The position numbers and the translations under genes were made by a program. From positions 99,463-163,462 of the forward strand of contig CAWAJJ010000006.1 of the NCBI GenBank assembly GCA_963782305.1: DNA of 64,000 nucleotides. The letters are read 5' to 3'. Below, piece after piece: positions 1 to 10,767 of the stretch (position 1 is its first letter; every line of letters begins with the position of its first letter). The notes below the pieces were generated by a model. It ran no database searches and had not been told where the DNA came from. It was given only the letters and a program-made list of their open reading frames with translations. The DNA comes from an uncultured Actinomycetota bacterium. Its GTDB lineage: Bacteria; Actinomycetota; Actinomycetes; Propionibacteriales; Nocardioidaceae.

Positions 1-258
1 AAGCGGATCTACACCAGCCCGGCCGACGCCTTCCCCGGTGTCGCACCGCGGCCGGTCGCCCCGAACCAGACGCTGCGCACCTTCGACGTCCCCGACACCA
101 CCGCCTCGGCGGTCCGGCTCGTGGCGCTGGAGAACCAGTGCACCGGCGCCCCGGCGTACGCCGGCGAGCAGGACAACGACCCGCTCAACGACACCGACTG
201 CAAGGCGGCCTCCGACGCCGACCTGTCGGTGCGCGCGAGCGAGTTCCAGGTCTTCTGA
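1..258 (+). CDS. 3' end of an upstream gene (partial), resembling the C-terminus of actinobacterial M36 metallopeptidases
   Basis: Frame 1 reads [18 protein letters not shown]...ENQCTG...DCKAASD...SEFQVF* with high-GC3 codons; TGA at 256-258. Family call is from recall only. Confidence 0.5.
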   Translation, partial: KRIYTSPADAFPGVAPRPVAPNQTLRTFDVPDTTASAVRLVALENQCTGAPAYAGEQDNDPLNDTDCKAASDADLSVRASEFQVF

Positions 259-328
259 GCTGGCGCTGGTCGAGGAGCGAATCGGAGGCCGTTTGCGTGT
301 AGCGCCCGGATTCGGAAGGGTGGACGAC

Positions 329-2315
329 ATGGTCGGACGCATCCCTGTCATGGACGTCACCCCCGTCGTGAACCTCGGTCGCAACCCGGCCAAGGCCTCG
401 GTCGGCGAGTTCTTCGACGTCACCGCGCTGGTCTTCCGCGAGGGGCATGACCAGCTCGGTGCCGAGGTGGTTCTCACCGACCCCGACGGCACGCGCCGCC
501 CGCCCCAGCGGATGCTCGACGTCGAGGGCCAGGTCTCCCGGTTGGCGGCCACCGTGTCCCCCGACATCATGGGCCCCTGGACCTTCGAGGTGCAGGCCTG
601 GAGCGACCCGATCGGCACCTGGCTGCACGACGCGGGCATCAAGATCCGCGCCGGGGTCGACGTCGAGCTGATGTTCACCGAGGGCGTGCTGCTGCTCGAG
701 CGGGTGGCGGCAGGGGTCGGCCCGAAGGCTGACCTCGCGGTGCTCGAGGACGCGATCAAGGCACTCGGCGACCGGTCCCGGCCGATCGAGGCGCGTCTCG
801 CGGCCGCCGAGTCGGAGGCGATCGCCCAGGTGTTCGCGGCCCACCCGCTGCGGGACCTGCTCACCGTCGAGGGGCCCTACCCGTTCTTCGTCGACCGAGA
901 ACGGGCGCTGTTCTCGAGCTGGTACGAGTTCTTCCCCCGCTCCGAGGGTGCCCACGTCGACGAGAAGACCGGCAAGGTCGTCAGCGGCACGCTCCGCACG
1001 GCCGCCGAGCGGCTCCCGGCCGTGGCTGCCATGGGCTTCGACATCATCTACCTGCCGCCGATCCACCCGATCGGCGAGGTGAACCGCAAGGGCTCGAACA
1101 ACACGCTGGCGCCCACGCCCGACGACGTGGGCTCGCCCTGGGCGATCGGCAGCAAGGACGGCGGCCACGACGCCGTCCACCCCGCCCTCGGCACCATCGA
1201 GGACTTCGACGCCTTCGTCGCCGCGGCCCACGCCGTGGGCCTCGAGGTGGCCATGGACTTCGCCCTCCAGGCGGCGCCGGACCACCCGTGGGCGACGGAC
1301 CACCCGGAGTGGTTCACCACCCGCGCGGACGGAACCATCGCCTACGCGGAGAACCCGCCGAAGAAGTACCAGGACATCTACCCGATCAACTTCGACAACG
1401 ACCCCGAGGGCATCTACGCCGAGTCCGAGCGGCTGCTGCGCCACTGGATGTCGCACGGCGTCCGGGTGTTCCGGGTCGACAACCCGCACACCAAGCCGGT
1501 CGCGTTCTGGGAGTGGGTGCTCGGCCGCATCCGCGCCACCGACCCGGACGTGGTGTTCCTCTCCGAGGCGTTCACCAAGCCCCCGATGATGCAGGCGCTG
1601 GCGACGGTCGGGTTCCACCAGAGCTACACCTACTTCACCTGGCGCAACTCACGCACCGAGATCGAGACCTACCTGCACGAGGTGTCCCGCGAGACCTCCG
1701 CGGTCCTGCGGCCGAACTTCTTCGTGAACACCCCCGACATCCTGCACGCCTTCCTGCAGTACGGCGGCCCGCCGGCCTTCAAGATCCGCGCCGCCATCGC
1801 CGCGACCGGCTCACCGAGCTGGGGGGTGTACGCCGGCTTCGAGCTCTACGAGCACATGGCCCTGCGACCGGGCACCGAGGACTACCTCGACTCCGAGAAG
1901 TTCCAGATCCGGATCCGTGACTGGGACGGTGCCGAGCGCAGCGGGCAGACCCTGTCGCCGTACCTCACCCGCCTCAACGAGATCCGACGAGCCCACCCGG
2001 CGCTGCAGCAGCTGCGCAACGTCACCGTCCACTCGAGCGACGACGACGGCGGTGCTGGTGTTCAGCAAGCAGGTTTCGACAGGCTCACCCGCGGTACAGG
2101 ACACCGTGATCGTGGTGGTCAACGTCGACCCCCACGCCCCACGCACCACGATGGTGCATCTGAACATGCCCGCTCTCGGGCTGAACTGGGAGGACTCCCT
2201 CACCGTGCACGACGAGATCACCGGTCAGGACTGGCAGTGGGGGGCGCACAACTACGTCCACCTGGATCCCTACGTGGAGCCCGCCCACATCCTGACCGTC
2301 AGGACCACTTCGTGA
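329..2315 (+). CDS. glgE: alpha-1,4-glucan:maltose-1-phosphate maltosyltransferase GlgE (one extra base at ~2048)
   Basis: [10 protein letters not shown] start; [41 protein letters not shown] motifs. The true C-terminus ([28 protein letters not shown]) is in the +1 frame and ends at TGA 2313-2315. Confidence 0.93.
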
Positions 2316-4126
2316 GCGAAATGATGGTGCCGGTGGAGCCCGCCGAGGACGGCCCACTGATCGAGGGCTTCGAGCAGCCCGACTGGTTCAAGACGGCTGT
2401 CTTCTACGAGGTCCTGGTGCGGTCCTTCAAGGACTCCAACGGCGACGGCGTCGGCGACTTCCGGGGCCTGACCGACAAGCTCGACTACCTGCACTGGCTG
2501 GGCGTCGACTGCCTGTGGGTGCCGCCGTTCTTCTCCTCGCCGCTGCGCGACGGCGGCTACGACATCTCCGACTACACCAACATCCTCCCCGAGGCCGGCA
2601 CGGTGGAGGACTTCCACCACTTCCTCGACGAGGCGCACAAGCGCGACATCCGCGTGATCATCGACTTCGTGATGAACCACACCAGCGACCAGCACCCGTG
2701 GTTCCAGGCCAGCCGGGAGGACCCGGACGGCCCCTACGGCGACTTCTACGTGTGGTCCGACACCGACGAGCTCTACGAGGAGGCCCGGGTCATCTTCGTC
2801 GACACCGAGCCGTCGAACTGGACCTGGGACCCGGTGCGCCAGCAGTACTACTGGCACCGGTTCTTCTCCCACCAGCCGGACCTCAACTTCGACAACCCCA
2901 AGGTCATGGAGGCGATGCTCGAGGCGATGAGCTTCTGGCTCGACATGGGCCTCGACGGCTTCCGGCTCGACGCCGTTCCCTACCTCTACGAGCGCCCCGG
3001 CACCAACGGGGAGAACCTCCCCGAGACCCACGAGGCACTGCGGCAGGTGCGCCGCTACGTCGACACGAACTACCCGGGCCGCGTGCTGCTCGCGGAGGCC
3101 AACCAGTGGCCCTCCGACGTGGTCGACTACTTCGGCGGCAAGCGCGACCCGGAGTCCGGTGAGTACCTCACCGCCGGCGACGAGTGCCACATGTGCTTCC
3201 ACTTCCCGGTGATGCCGCGCATCTTCATGGCCGTACGCCGGGAGAACCGGTTCCCGATCTCGGAGATCCTCGAGCAGACACCGCCGATCCCCGACGGCTG
3301 CCAGTGGGGCATCTTCCTGCGCAACCACGACGAGCTGACCCTCGAGATGGTCACCGACGAGGACCGCGACTACATGTGGGACGAGTACGCCAAGGACCCA
3401 CGGATGAAGGCCAACATCGGCATCCGGCGGCGGCTGGCTCCCCTGCTCGACAACGACGTGAACCGGATGGAGCTGTTCAGCGCGCTGCTGCTCTCGCTGC
3501 CCGGCTCGCCGGTGCTCTACTACGGCGACGAGATCGGGATGGGCGACAACATCTGGCTCGGCGACCGTGACGGCGTACGCACCCCGATGCAGTGGACCCC
3601 CGACCGCAACGCGGGCTTCTCGGTGGCCACTCCCGGAAAGCTGCACCTGCCGGTGAACCAGGACCCGGTCTTCGGGTACCAGAGGGTCAATGTCGAGACC
3701 GAGCTGGACAACTCCTCCTCGCTGCTGCACTGGACGCGGCGGATGATCCAGGCGCGCAAGCAGCACCCCTGCTTCGGCCTCGGCGAGTTCGCCGACCTGG
3801 GTGGGTCCAACCCGTCGGTGCTGTCCTACGTGCGGCAGCACACCGACGAGAACGGCTACACCGACACCGTCCTGTGCGTGAACAACCTGAGCCGCTTCCC
3901 GCAGCCGGTGCAGCTCGACCTGCGCCGGTGGGAGGGTGTCCGTCCCGTCGAGCTGCTCGGCGGGGTGCGCTTCCCCGAGATCGGCGAGCTGCCCTACCTG
4001 CTCACCCTCGGTGGCTACGGCTTCTACTGGATCCGGCTGCCGCAGACCGAGGCCCAGGAGAAGGCCCAGGAGAAGGCCCAGGAGCAGATCCAGGAAGCGG
4101 CACTGATCGAAGGGACCCAGGCGTGA
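2312..4126 (+). CDS. treS: trehalose synthase (maltose alpha-D-glucosyltransferase)
   Basis: [43 protein letters not shown]; GTGA overlap with the glgE stop. Confidence 0.95.
   Translation: MSEMMVPVEPAEDGPLIEGFEQPDWFKTAVFYEVLVRSFKDSNGDGVGDFRGLTDKLDYLHWLGVDCLWVPPFFSSPLRDGGYDISDYTNILPEAGTVEDFHHFLDEAHKRDIRVIIDFVMNHTSDQHPWFQASREDPDGPYGDFYVWSDTDELYEEARVIFVDTEPSNWTWDPVRQQYYWHRFFSHQPDLNFDNPKVMEAMLEAMSFWLDMGLDGFRLDAVPYLYERPGTNGENLPETHEALRQVRRYVDTNYPGRVLLAEANQWPSDVVDYFGGKRDPESGEYLTAGDECHMCFHFPVMPRIFMAVRRENRFPISEILEQTPPIPDGCQWGIFLRNHDELTLEMVTDEDRDYMWDEYAKDPRMKANIGIRRRLAPLLDNDVNRMELFSALLLSLPGSPVLYYGDEIGMGDNIWLGDRDGVRTPMQWTPDRNAGFSVATPGKLHLPVNQDPVFGYQRVNVETELDNSSSLLHWTRRMIQARKQHPCFGLGEFADLGGSNPSVLSYVRQHTDENGYTDTVLCVNNLSRFPQPVQLDLRRWEGVRPVELLGGVRFPEIGELPYLLTLGGYGFYWIRLPQTEAQEKAQEKAQEQIQEAALIEGTQA
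4049..4097 (+). repeat. 12-bp tandem repeat (GAGAAGGCCCAG) encoding the EKAQ tail of TreS
   Basis: gaggcccaggagaaggcccaggagaaggcccaggagcagatccaggaa. Confidence 0.75.
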
Positions 4127-5559
4127 CGCCACCCGACACCGTCCCCACCGAGCCCCTCGAGCCCGCGCTGGTCGAGTTCATCAGCCAGGCCCGCTGGTTC
4201 GGTGGCAAGGGGCGCACGTTCTCGGTCACCGACGTGCGCGTGGTGCTGCTCCGCGACGGCGAGCCGCGGGTGAGCATCGCCCTGATCACGCTGTCCTTCG
4301 ACGACCCTTCGACAGGCTCAGGACAAGCGCCGGACACCGACCTCTACCAGGTCCCCGTCGCGTCGTACGCCGAGCCCCAGGACCGTCTCGGGCACGCGTT
4401 CATCGCCGTGGTCGACGGCCGCTACGTCTACGACGCCCTGCACGACCGGGACGCGACGCACGTGTGGCTGGAGTCGTTCGCAGAGGTCGGTGCAGGCGAG
4501 GTCGGCCGGACCGAGTCCGGACTCAGCTTCCATCGCTGTGCCGAGCACGAGCTGGACCTCACCGTCCACGCGACCCTGTTCCGCGGGGAGCAGAGCAACT
4601 CCTCCGTGGCCTACGGCGACGACGCGCTGATGAAGGTCTTCCGCCGGATGACCCCGGGGGTCAACCCCGACATCGAGATCCACGAGGCCCTCACCCGCAG
4701 CGGCACCAGCAGCATCGCCGAGCTCTACGGCTGGGTGGAGCTGGCACCGTCCTCCCCCGACGGCGAGCCGCTCCAGCTGGCCATGCTGCAGCAGTTCCTG
4801 CGCACCGCCAGCGACGGCTGGGAGCTGGCCCTGTCCAGCGCCCGCAACCTGTTCGCCGAGGCCGACCTGCACGCCGACGAGGTCGGTGGCGACTTCGCGG
4901 GCGAGGCACACCGTCTCGGCGTGGCTGTCAGCGAGGTCCACGAGCTCCTGCGCGACCAGTTCGGGACCGGGCAGCTCGACGCCACCGCCACCGCCGAGGC
5001 CATGCGGCGGCGGCTGGCCGATGCCGTCACCGTCGTACCCGAGCTCGCCGCCCACACCGAGATCCTCGAGGAGGTCTTCTCCCGGGTGGCTGGTGCGTCC
5101 GGCGACGTCCAGCGCATCCACGGTGACCTGCACCTCGGCCAGACCCTGCGCACCTCCCTGGGCTGGAAGCTCGTCGACTTCGAGGGCGAGCCGGCCAAGC
5201 CGTTGGCCGAGCGGCGCCTCCCCGACTCGCCCTGGCGCGACGTCGCCGGCATGCTGCGCTCCTTCGACTACGCCGCCAAGTCGGTGGTCAAGGACCTGTA
5301 CTCCTCCGACGAGCCGGGATCGCAGATCACCTATCGTGCCAAGGAGTGGCTGGCCCGCAACCGGACCGCTTTCCTCGAGGGGTACGTCGAGCGCCGGCAG
5401 GAGCGCGGCGAACCCGCGCTGACCCCGGCGGAGGAGGCCATCATCGACGCCTACGAGGCCGACAAGGCCGTCTACGAAGTGATCTACGAAGCCCGCAACC
5501 GCCCGACCTGGGTGGACATCCCCCTCCAGGCAATCGACCGAATCGGAGCCTCACGATGA
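4123..5559 (+). CDS. mak: maltokinase
   Basis: [41 protein letters not shown]; lies between treS and glgB. Confidence 0.92.
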   Translation: MTPPDTVPTEPLEPALVEFISQARWFGGKGRTFSVTDVRVVLLRDGEPRVSIALITLSFDDPSTGSGQAPDTDLYQVPVASYAEPQDRLGHAFIAVVDGRYVYDALHDRDATHVWLESFAEVGAGEVGRTESGLSFHRCAEHELDLTVHATLFRGEQSNSSVAYGDDALMKVFRRMTPGVNPDIEIHEALTRSGTSSIAELYGWVELAPSSPDGEPLQLAMLQQFLRTASDGWELALSSARNLFAEADLHADEVGGDFAGEAHRLGVAVSEVHELLRDQFGTGQLDATATAEAMRRRLADAVTVVPELAAHTEILEEVFSRVAGASGDVQRIHGDLHLGQTLRTSLGWKLVDFEGEPAKPLAERRLPDSPWRDVAGMLRSFDYAAKSVVKDLYSSDEPGSQITYRAKEWLARNRTAFLEGYVERRQERGEPALTPAEEAIIDAYEADKAVYEVIYEARNRPTWVDIPLQAIDRIGASR

Positions 5560-7436
5560 CCGAGCCCACGATCGGCGAGCTGGACATCCATCTCATCAAC
5601 GAGGGTCGCCACGAGCAGCTCTGGCAGGCTCTCGGTGCCCACGCCATCGCAGGCGGGACGGCCTTCCGGGTGTGGGCGCCCGAGGCCCTCGAGGTCCAGG
5701 TGCGCGGCGACTTCAACAACTGGGACGGTGGCAGCAACCCGTTGACCCAGGTCGGCGGATCGGGGGTGTGGGAGGCGTTCGTGCCCGGCATCGGCTCGGG
5801 TGAGAGCTACAAGTTCCACATCCGCGGCGCCGACGGTGAGTGGCGTGACAAGGCCGACCCGATGGCCTTCCACACCGAGGTTCCCCCGGCGACGGCGTCT
5901 CGCGTGTTCGGGAGCACCCACGTGTGGACCGACGACGAGTGGATGACCGAACGTGCCGAGCAGACGCGGCCCGACCAGCAGCCGATGTCGGTCTACGAGG
6001 TGCACCTCGGCTCGTGGCGCAAGCACGAGAGCGGTGGCCCGCTCAGCTATGACGAGCTGGCCGAGCAGCTCACGGCGTACGTCACCGAGATGGGCTTCAC
6101 GCACGTCGAGATGCTCCCGGTGATGGAGCACCCGTTCGGTGGCTCCTGGGGCTACCAGGTCACCTCCTACTACGCGCCGTCCTCGCGCTTCGGCGACCCC
6201 GACGGCTTCCGCCGGCTGGTCCAGGCGCTGCACAACGCCGGCATCGGCGTGATCGTCGACTGGGTGCCCGCACACTTCCCCAAGGACGAGTTCGCGCTGG
6301 CCCGCTTCGACGGCACCCCGCTCTACGAGGACCCGAACCCGAGTCGCGGGGAGCACCCCGACTGGGGCACCTACGTCTTCAACTTCGGCCGCAAGGAGGT
6401 CCGCAACTTCCTGGTCGCCAACGCGCTCTACTGGCTCGAGGAGTTCCACGTCGACGGCATCCGCGTCGACGCCGTGGCCTCGATGCTCTACCTCGACTAC
6501 TCCCGCGAGGCCGGCGAGTGGCAGCCGAACGTGCACGGTGGGCGGGAGAACCTCGAGGCGGTGCACTTCCTCAAGGAGCTCAACGGCACCGTCTACAAGC
6601 GGGTCCCCGGCGCGATCACCATCGCGGAGGAGTCCACCTCCTGGCCGGGCGTGACCAAGTCGACCGACGCGGACGGTCTGGGCTTCGGCTTCAAGTGGAA
6701 CATGGGCTGGATGCACGACAGCCTCGACTACATCGGGCGGGACCCCGTGCACCGCGGCTACCACCACCACCAGCTGACCTTCAGCATGGTCTACGCGTTC
6801 TCCGAGAACTACGTGCTCCCGATCAGCCACGACGAGGTCGTGCACGGCAAGGGATCGCTGCTGCGCAAGATGCCCGGCGACCGGTGGCAGCAGCTGGCCA
6901 ACGTCCGCGCGTTCCTCTCGTGGCAGTGGGCCCACCCCGGCAAGCAGCTCATCTTCATGGGGCAGGAGTTCGCCCAGGACCAGGAGTGGGCCGAGCAGCG
7001 CTCCCTCGACTGGGGCCTGCTCGACGACCACGGCCACGGCGGTGTGCAGCGTCTGGTCGCCGACCTGAACTCCGTGTACGGCGACACGGCCGCGCTCTGG
7101 TCGCAGGACACCGCGCCGGAGGGCTTCCAGTGGATCGAGGCCGACGACGCCGCGCGCAACACGGTGGCGTTCGTGCGCTGGGGATCCGACGGGAGCGCGC
7201 TGGTCTGCGTGACCAACTTCTCGGCGATCCCGCACGAGGGATACCAGCTCGGCCTGCCGTTCGCCGGCGAGTGGAGCGAGATCATCAACACCGACGCCGA
7301 GATCTACGGCGGCTCCGGTGTCGGGAACCTCGGCACCGTGACCGCGCACGAGACCCCGCACGGCGGCCAGCCGGCGTCGGTCCGGCTCCGCGTGCCCCCA
7401 CTCGGCACGCTGTGGCTCACCAGCCAGCGCCGCTGA
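5556..7436 (+). CDS. glgB: 1,4-alpha-glucan branching enzyme
   Basis: [52 protein letters not shown]; ATGA overlap with mak. Confidence 0.96.
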   Translation: MTEPTIGELDIHLINEGRHEQLWQALGAHAIAGGTAFRVWAPEALEVQVRGDFNNWDGGSNPLTQVGGSGVWEAFVPGIGSGESYKFHIRGADGEWRDKADPMAFHTEVPPATASRVFGSTHVWTDDEWMTERAEQTRPDQQPMSVYEVHLGSWRKHESGGPLSYDELAEQLTAYVTEMGFTHVEMLPVMEHPFGGSWGYQVTSYYAPSSRFGDPDGFRRLVQALHNAGIGVIVDWVPAHFPKDEFALARFDGTPLYEDPNPSRGEHPDWGTYVFNFGRKEVRNFLVANALYWLEEFHVDGIRVDAVASMLYLDYSREAGEWQPNVHGGRENLEAVHFLKELNGTVYKRVPGAITIAEESTSWPGVTKSTDADGLGFGFKWNMGWMHDSLDYIGRDPVHRGYHHHQLTFSMVYAFSENYVLPISHDEVVHGKGSLLRKMPGDRWQQLANVRAFLSWQWAHPGKQLIFMGQEFAQDQEWAEQRSLDWGLLDDHGHGGVQRLVADLNSVYGDTAALWSQDTAPEGFQWIEADDAARNTVAFVRWGSDGSALVCVTNFSAIPHEGYQLGLPFAGEWSEIINTDAEIYGGSGVGNLGTVTAHETPHGGQPASVRLRVPPLGTLWLTSQRR

Positions 7437-7446
7437 TCGTGCGCGC

Positions 7447-8535
7447 TTGAACGCCGGCCTGCTCGACGTGGCGGAGCGCGTCTGGCCGGTGCTGCTGTTC
7501 CTGGTGCTCATCCAGATAGTGGCCGACCTGTGCGACGACGCCGGGCTGTTCGACGTCTCCGCCCACGTCGCGGCCCGGGTCGCCGGCGGCAGCAGGATCG
7601 CGCTGTTCCTGCTGTTCACGGCGCTGGCGACGGTCTCGACGTGGGTGCTCAGCATCGACACGACAGCGGTGCTGCTCGCCCCGATCGGGCTCGCGATGGC
7701 CGCCGAGCTCGGGCTGAGCGCACTGCCGTTCGCGTTCGCCTCGATCTGGCTGGCCAACTCGGCCTCGCTGCTGCTGCCGGTGTCCAACCTGACCAACCTG
7801 CTGGCCCAGGACAAGCTCGGGCTGGGCGCCGCCGACTTCGTCCGCGAGACGTGGATCCCGCAGGTGGCCGTGCTGGTGGTCGTCATCGCGGTGCTGGTGG
7901 TCCGCCATCGGCGCGAGCTGCGTGGGTCCTATGCGGTGCCGCGCGGGCTTCCGTCGTACGACCCGGTGCTGCTGTGGCTCGCCGTCGTCGTGGTCGTGCT
8001 GATCGGTCCGGCGATCCTGCTCGGCCTGGCTGCCTGGGTGGTCGCCCTCGGTGCCTCCGTCGCGCTGGTCGCGGGTTTCGTCGTACGCCGGCCGCGGGTG
8101 GTGCATCCGGCCCGGCTCGTGCGGTTGGTCCCCTGGTCGGTGCTGGCGTTCGCGATCGCCCTCTTCGCCATCGTGGAGATCCTGGTCGAGCACAGCTCCG
8201 ACCTGCTGGCGAGGGTCTTCGGCAGCGGGAGCTCCCTGGCCGACCTGGCCCAGCTCGCCGGTGTCTCCACCGGCCTGGCCAACGTGGTCAACAACCTGCC
8301 GGCCTACCTGGTCGTGGAGCCGTTCGCCGAGTCGCCGGCTCGCCTCGTCACGACGCTGGTCGCGGTGAACGTCGGGCCGATGCTGCTGGCCTGGGGCTCG
8401 CTGGCCAACCTGCTCTGGCTGCGCGCCTGCCGGACCCGCGGCCTGCAGATCTCGATGGTGCGGTTCGGCCTCGAGGGCCTGCTCGTCGTACCACTTGCCG
8501 TCGCCGCCGGAGTGCTCGCCGTGTGGCTCACCTAG
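7447..8535 (+). CDS. ArsB/NhaD (SLC13-like) ion transporter
   Basis: Multi-TM protein; ANSASLLLPVSNLTNLL, NNLPAYL, GSLANLLW motifs. Confidence 0.8.
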   Translation: MNAGLLDVAERVWPVLLFLVLIQIVADLCDDAGLFDVSAHVAARVAGGSRIALFLLFTALATVSTWVLSIDTTAVLLAPIGLAMAAELGLSALPFAFASIWLANSASLLLPVSNLTNLLAQDKLGLGAADFVRETWIPQVAVLVVVIAVLVVRHRRELRGSYAVPRGLPSYDPVLLWLAVVVVVLIGPAILLGLAAWVVALGASVALVAGFVVRRPRVVHPARLVRLVPWSVLAFAIALFAIVEILVEHSSDLLARVFGSGSSLADLAQLAGVSTGLANVVNNLPAYLVVEPFAESPARLVTTLVAVNVGPMLLAWGSLANLLWLRACRTRGLQISMVRFGLEGLLVVPLAVAAGVLAVWLT

Positions 8536-8556
8536 TGCCCCACTAGGGTTGTCACC

Positions 8557-9345
8557 GTGTCCGCCGAAGTGTCCCCCGTCGCCCCCGGGATCGTCCGCGT
8601 CTCCTGGAGCACGGAGCTGCAGGAGCAGGGACTGCGCGCGTCGGCCGACGAGGTCCGTCGAGTCGTCGAGGAAGCGTTCGAGGGCGGCAGCACCCGCGTC
8701 GAGACCCACGTCGACCCCGATGACGAGACGGCCCAGCGGGTGGCCACCTTCGCGGGTCTGATGCGCGAGGGCGTCGCCCGCGGTGTCTCCGAGGAGTCGG
8801 ACCGCATCGTCTATGCCCGGCTGGCCGATGACACCCCTGTCGAGGACCCCAAGGGTTTTCGCTCGCTGCTGAACTCCTTCCTCCCCCGCAAGCGCGCGAT
8901 CAGCCAGCTGCTCGTCAGGTCCACCGACGGTCGCGTGCTGCTGTGCCAGCTCACCTACAAGCGCGACCTCGACCTGCCCGGCGGCGTGGTCGAGGTGAGC
9001 GAGTCCCCTCAGCTCGCGGTGGCCCGCGAGGTCGAGGAGGAGCTCGGGCTGACCATCGAGCCCGGTCCCCTGCTGCTCACCGACTGGCTGCCCCCGTGGG
9101 GCGGCTGGGACGACGCGATCTGCCTGGTCTTCGACGGCGGCGAGGTCGACCCGGGCGTGGTGGACACGATCGTGCGCCAGGAGCGGGAGATCCGCTCGGC
9201 CGGCTTCTTCACGATCGCCGAGGTCCGCGAGAAGTGCGCCGACTTCACCGCCCGGCGGATCGAGTCAGCTCTTCGGAACCTGTCCGACCGACCGGGCTCG
9301 TCGTACACCGAGAGCGGGCGGGGCCTCCCCGTCGACGGTCTCTGA
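8557..9345 (+). CDS. NUDIX hydrolase with N-terminal GNAT-like segment
   Basis: Nudix box GGVVEVSESPQLAVAREVEEELG; N-terminal RVETHVDPDDETAQRVATFAGLMREG is RimJ/RimL-like. Confidence 0.8.
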   Translation: MSAEVSPVAPGIVRVSWSTELQEQGLRASADEVRRVVEEAFEGGSTRVETHVDPDDETAQRVATFAGLMREGVARGVSEESDRIVYARLADDTPVEDPKGFRSLLNSFLPRKRAISQLLVRSTDGRVLLCQLTYKRDLDLPGGVVEVSESPQLAVAREVEEELGLTIEPGPLLLTDWLPPWGGWDDAICLVFDGGEVDPGVVDTIVRQEREIRSAGFFTIAEVREKCADFTARRIESALRNLSDRPGSSYTESGRGLPVDGL

Positions 9346-9351
9346 GGCCCG

Positions 9352-9729
9352 TCAGTCCTCCTCGCGATCCTCCAGTGGCCGTGCGGCAATGGTCCGCCAG
9401 CCCGAGCGCAGCACCTTCTGCAGCATCTGCGCGTTGATCCACGCGGTGCCGGTCCACACGAGCACCCAGACGATCGCCACCGGCCAGGACAGGTCGCCGG
9501 CATCGGTCCCGACCGCGAACCCGATCGCCAGCCCGCCGTAGAAGGCCACCCAGAGCGCCAGCAGGCTCAGCGGTAGCGCGAGCACGACGAGCGCGACGTA
9601 CCACGGAGCCGACCCCTCGATCAGCGTGAGCACCGCCATCGCGCCGACGGTCGTCACGTAGAGCTGCCCGAGCCCGGACAGCCGCATCGTCGGAAGCGTC
9701 GCGGCCGGCCCGTCGTTCATGGAGAACAT
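9352..9729 (-). CDS. hypothetical membrane protein
   Basis: Three hydrophobic segments; fills the gap between convergent genes. Confidence 0.6.
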   Translation of the reverse strand: MFSMNDGPAATLPTMRLSGLGQLYVTTVGAMAVLTLIEGSAPWYVALVVLALPLSLLALWVAFYGGLAIGFAVGTDAGDLSWPVAIVWVLVWTGTAWINAQMLQKVLRSGWRTIAARPLEDREED

Positions 9730-9769
9730 CGTGACACGCGGCCCGGTCGAGGGCGCGGTCTCCGCTCGG

Positions 9770-10702
9770 TCAGAAGAGCGCCGACGCGAGGTTGCGGCGA
9801 GCCGTCATCACCCGCGGGTCGTCGTTGCCCACGGCCCCGAACAGGCCGATCAGGTGGGTCCGGGCAGCGTCGCGCTCGGCGGCCGTCGTACGCCGCACCA
9901 GGCCGATGAGCCGGTCGAAGGCGTCCTCCACGTGCCCGCCGAGCAGGTCCAGGTCGGCCACCAGGGTCTGGGCGTCGACGTCGTCCGGGTTCTCGGCCGC
10001 GGCCGCCCGGGCCTCGTTGAGGTCCACGCCGTCGGTGCGCTTGAGCAGGTTCGCCATCGCGAGGCCGGCTGCTGCCTCCGCGTCGGCCGGGTTGGCGGCG
10101 ACCAGCTTCTGGTACTCCGCCACGGCGCCGTCGATGTCACCGCGTTCCAGGGCGTCCTGGGCCGGGAGGTAGCGCGGGTCCAGCTGCTCCTCCCCGGTCT
10201 CCTCGTCCACCGGTCCCGCGCCCGAGCGGGGCTGGTGTCGGCCGGTGAATCCGCTGGCGGTCAGCTGCTGCAGCACCTGCGTGATGGCCTGGCGCAGCTC
10301 ATCGAGGGGGGCGTTGTTCTGGAGCAGCGGCATCGGTCGCCCCTGGGCGACGAGCACGACGAGCGGCACCGAGGGGATCTGCATCGCCTGGGCGATCTCC
10401 GGCGAGGTGTCGATGTCGACGCGGCCCAGCAGGAAGCGCCCCTCGAACTCGCTCGAGAGCGTCTGCATCGCGTCGGCGAGCTGCACGCTCTCCGGCGAGC
10501 GTCCCGGACTCTCGAAGGACAGCAGGACCGGAGCGGTCCGCGAACCCTCGAGCACCTCCTGGAAGTTCCGCTCCGTGAGCTGCACCACGTAGGCGGCGCT
10601 GGCGGCAGCACCGCCGTTGGCTCCCACTGGGGAAGATGCTGCAGATCCTTGCAATCCGGACAGATCGACCGCACCGGGTCGAGAAAAAGGCTGCTGACTC
10701 AT
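9770..10702 (-). CDS. thioredoxin-like/TPR co-chaperone (YbbN/CnoX-like)
   Basis: GAVDLS start, Trx fold without CxxC, TPR C-terminus ending RRNLASALF. Confidence 0.85.
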   Translation of the reverse strand: MSQQPFSRPGAVDLSGLQGSAASSPVGANGGAAASAAYVVQLTERNFQEVLEGSRTAPVLLSFESPGRSPESVQLADAMQTLSSEFEGRFLLGRVDIDTSPEIAQAMQIPSVPLVVLVAQGRPMPLLQNNAPLDELRQAITQVLQQLTASGFTGRHQPRSGAGPVDEETGEEQLDPRYLPAQDALERGDIDGAVAEYQKLVAANPADAEAAAGLAMANLLKRTDGVDLNEARAAAAENPDDVDAQTLVADLDLLGGHVEDAFDRLIGLVRRTTAAERDAARTHLIGLFGAVGNDDPRVMTARRNLASALF

Positions 10703-10767
10703 GACTCCATCGTTTCAACTGGTCAATTTCCGCCACACACGCGGTCCGAGATGACGATACTGACTTC

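Noticed and set aside
38-328. N-terminal extension of the 1362-aa ORF
   Set aside because: It is an off-frame overlap with the upstream gene; GlgE homology begins at ATG 329.
5556-7436. GlgB is short (626 aa) and lacks the first N-terminal module
   Set aside because: Short branching enzymes are a known class; the start is fixed by the ATGA overlap and catalytic motifs are intact.
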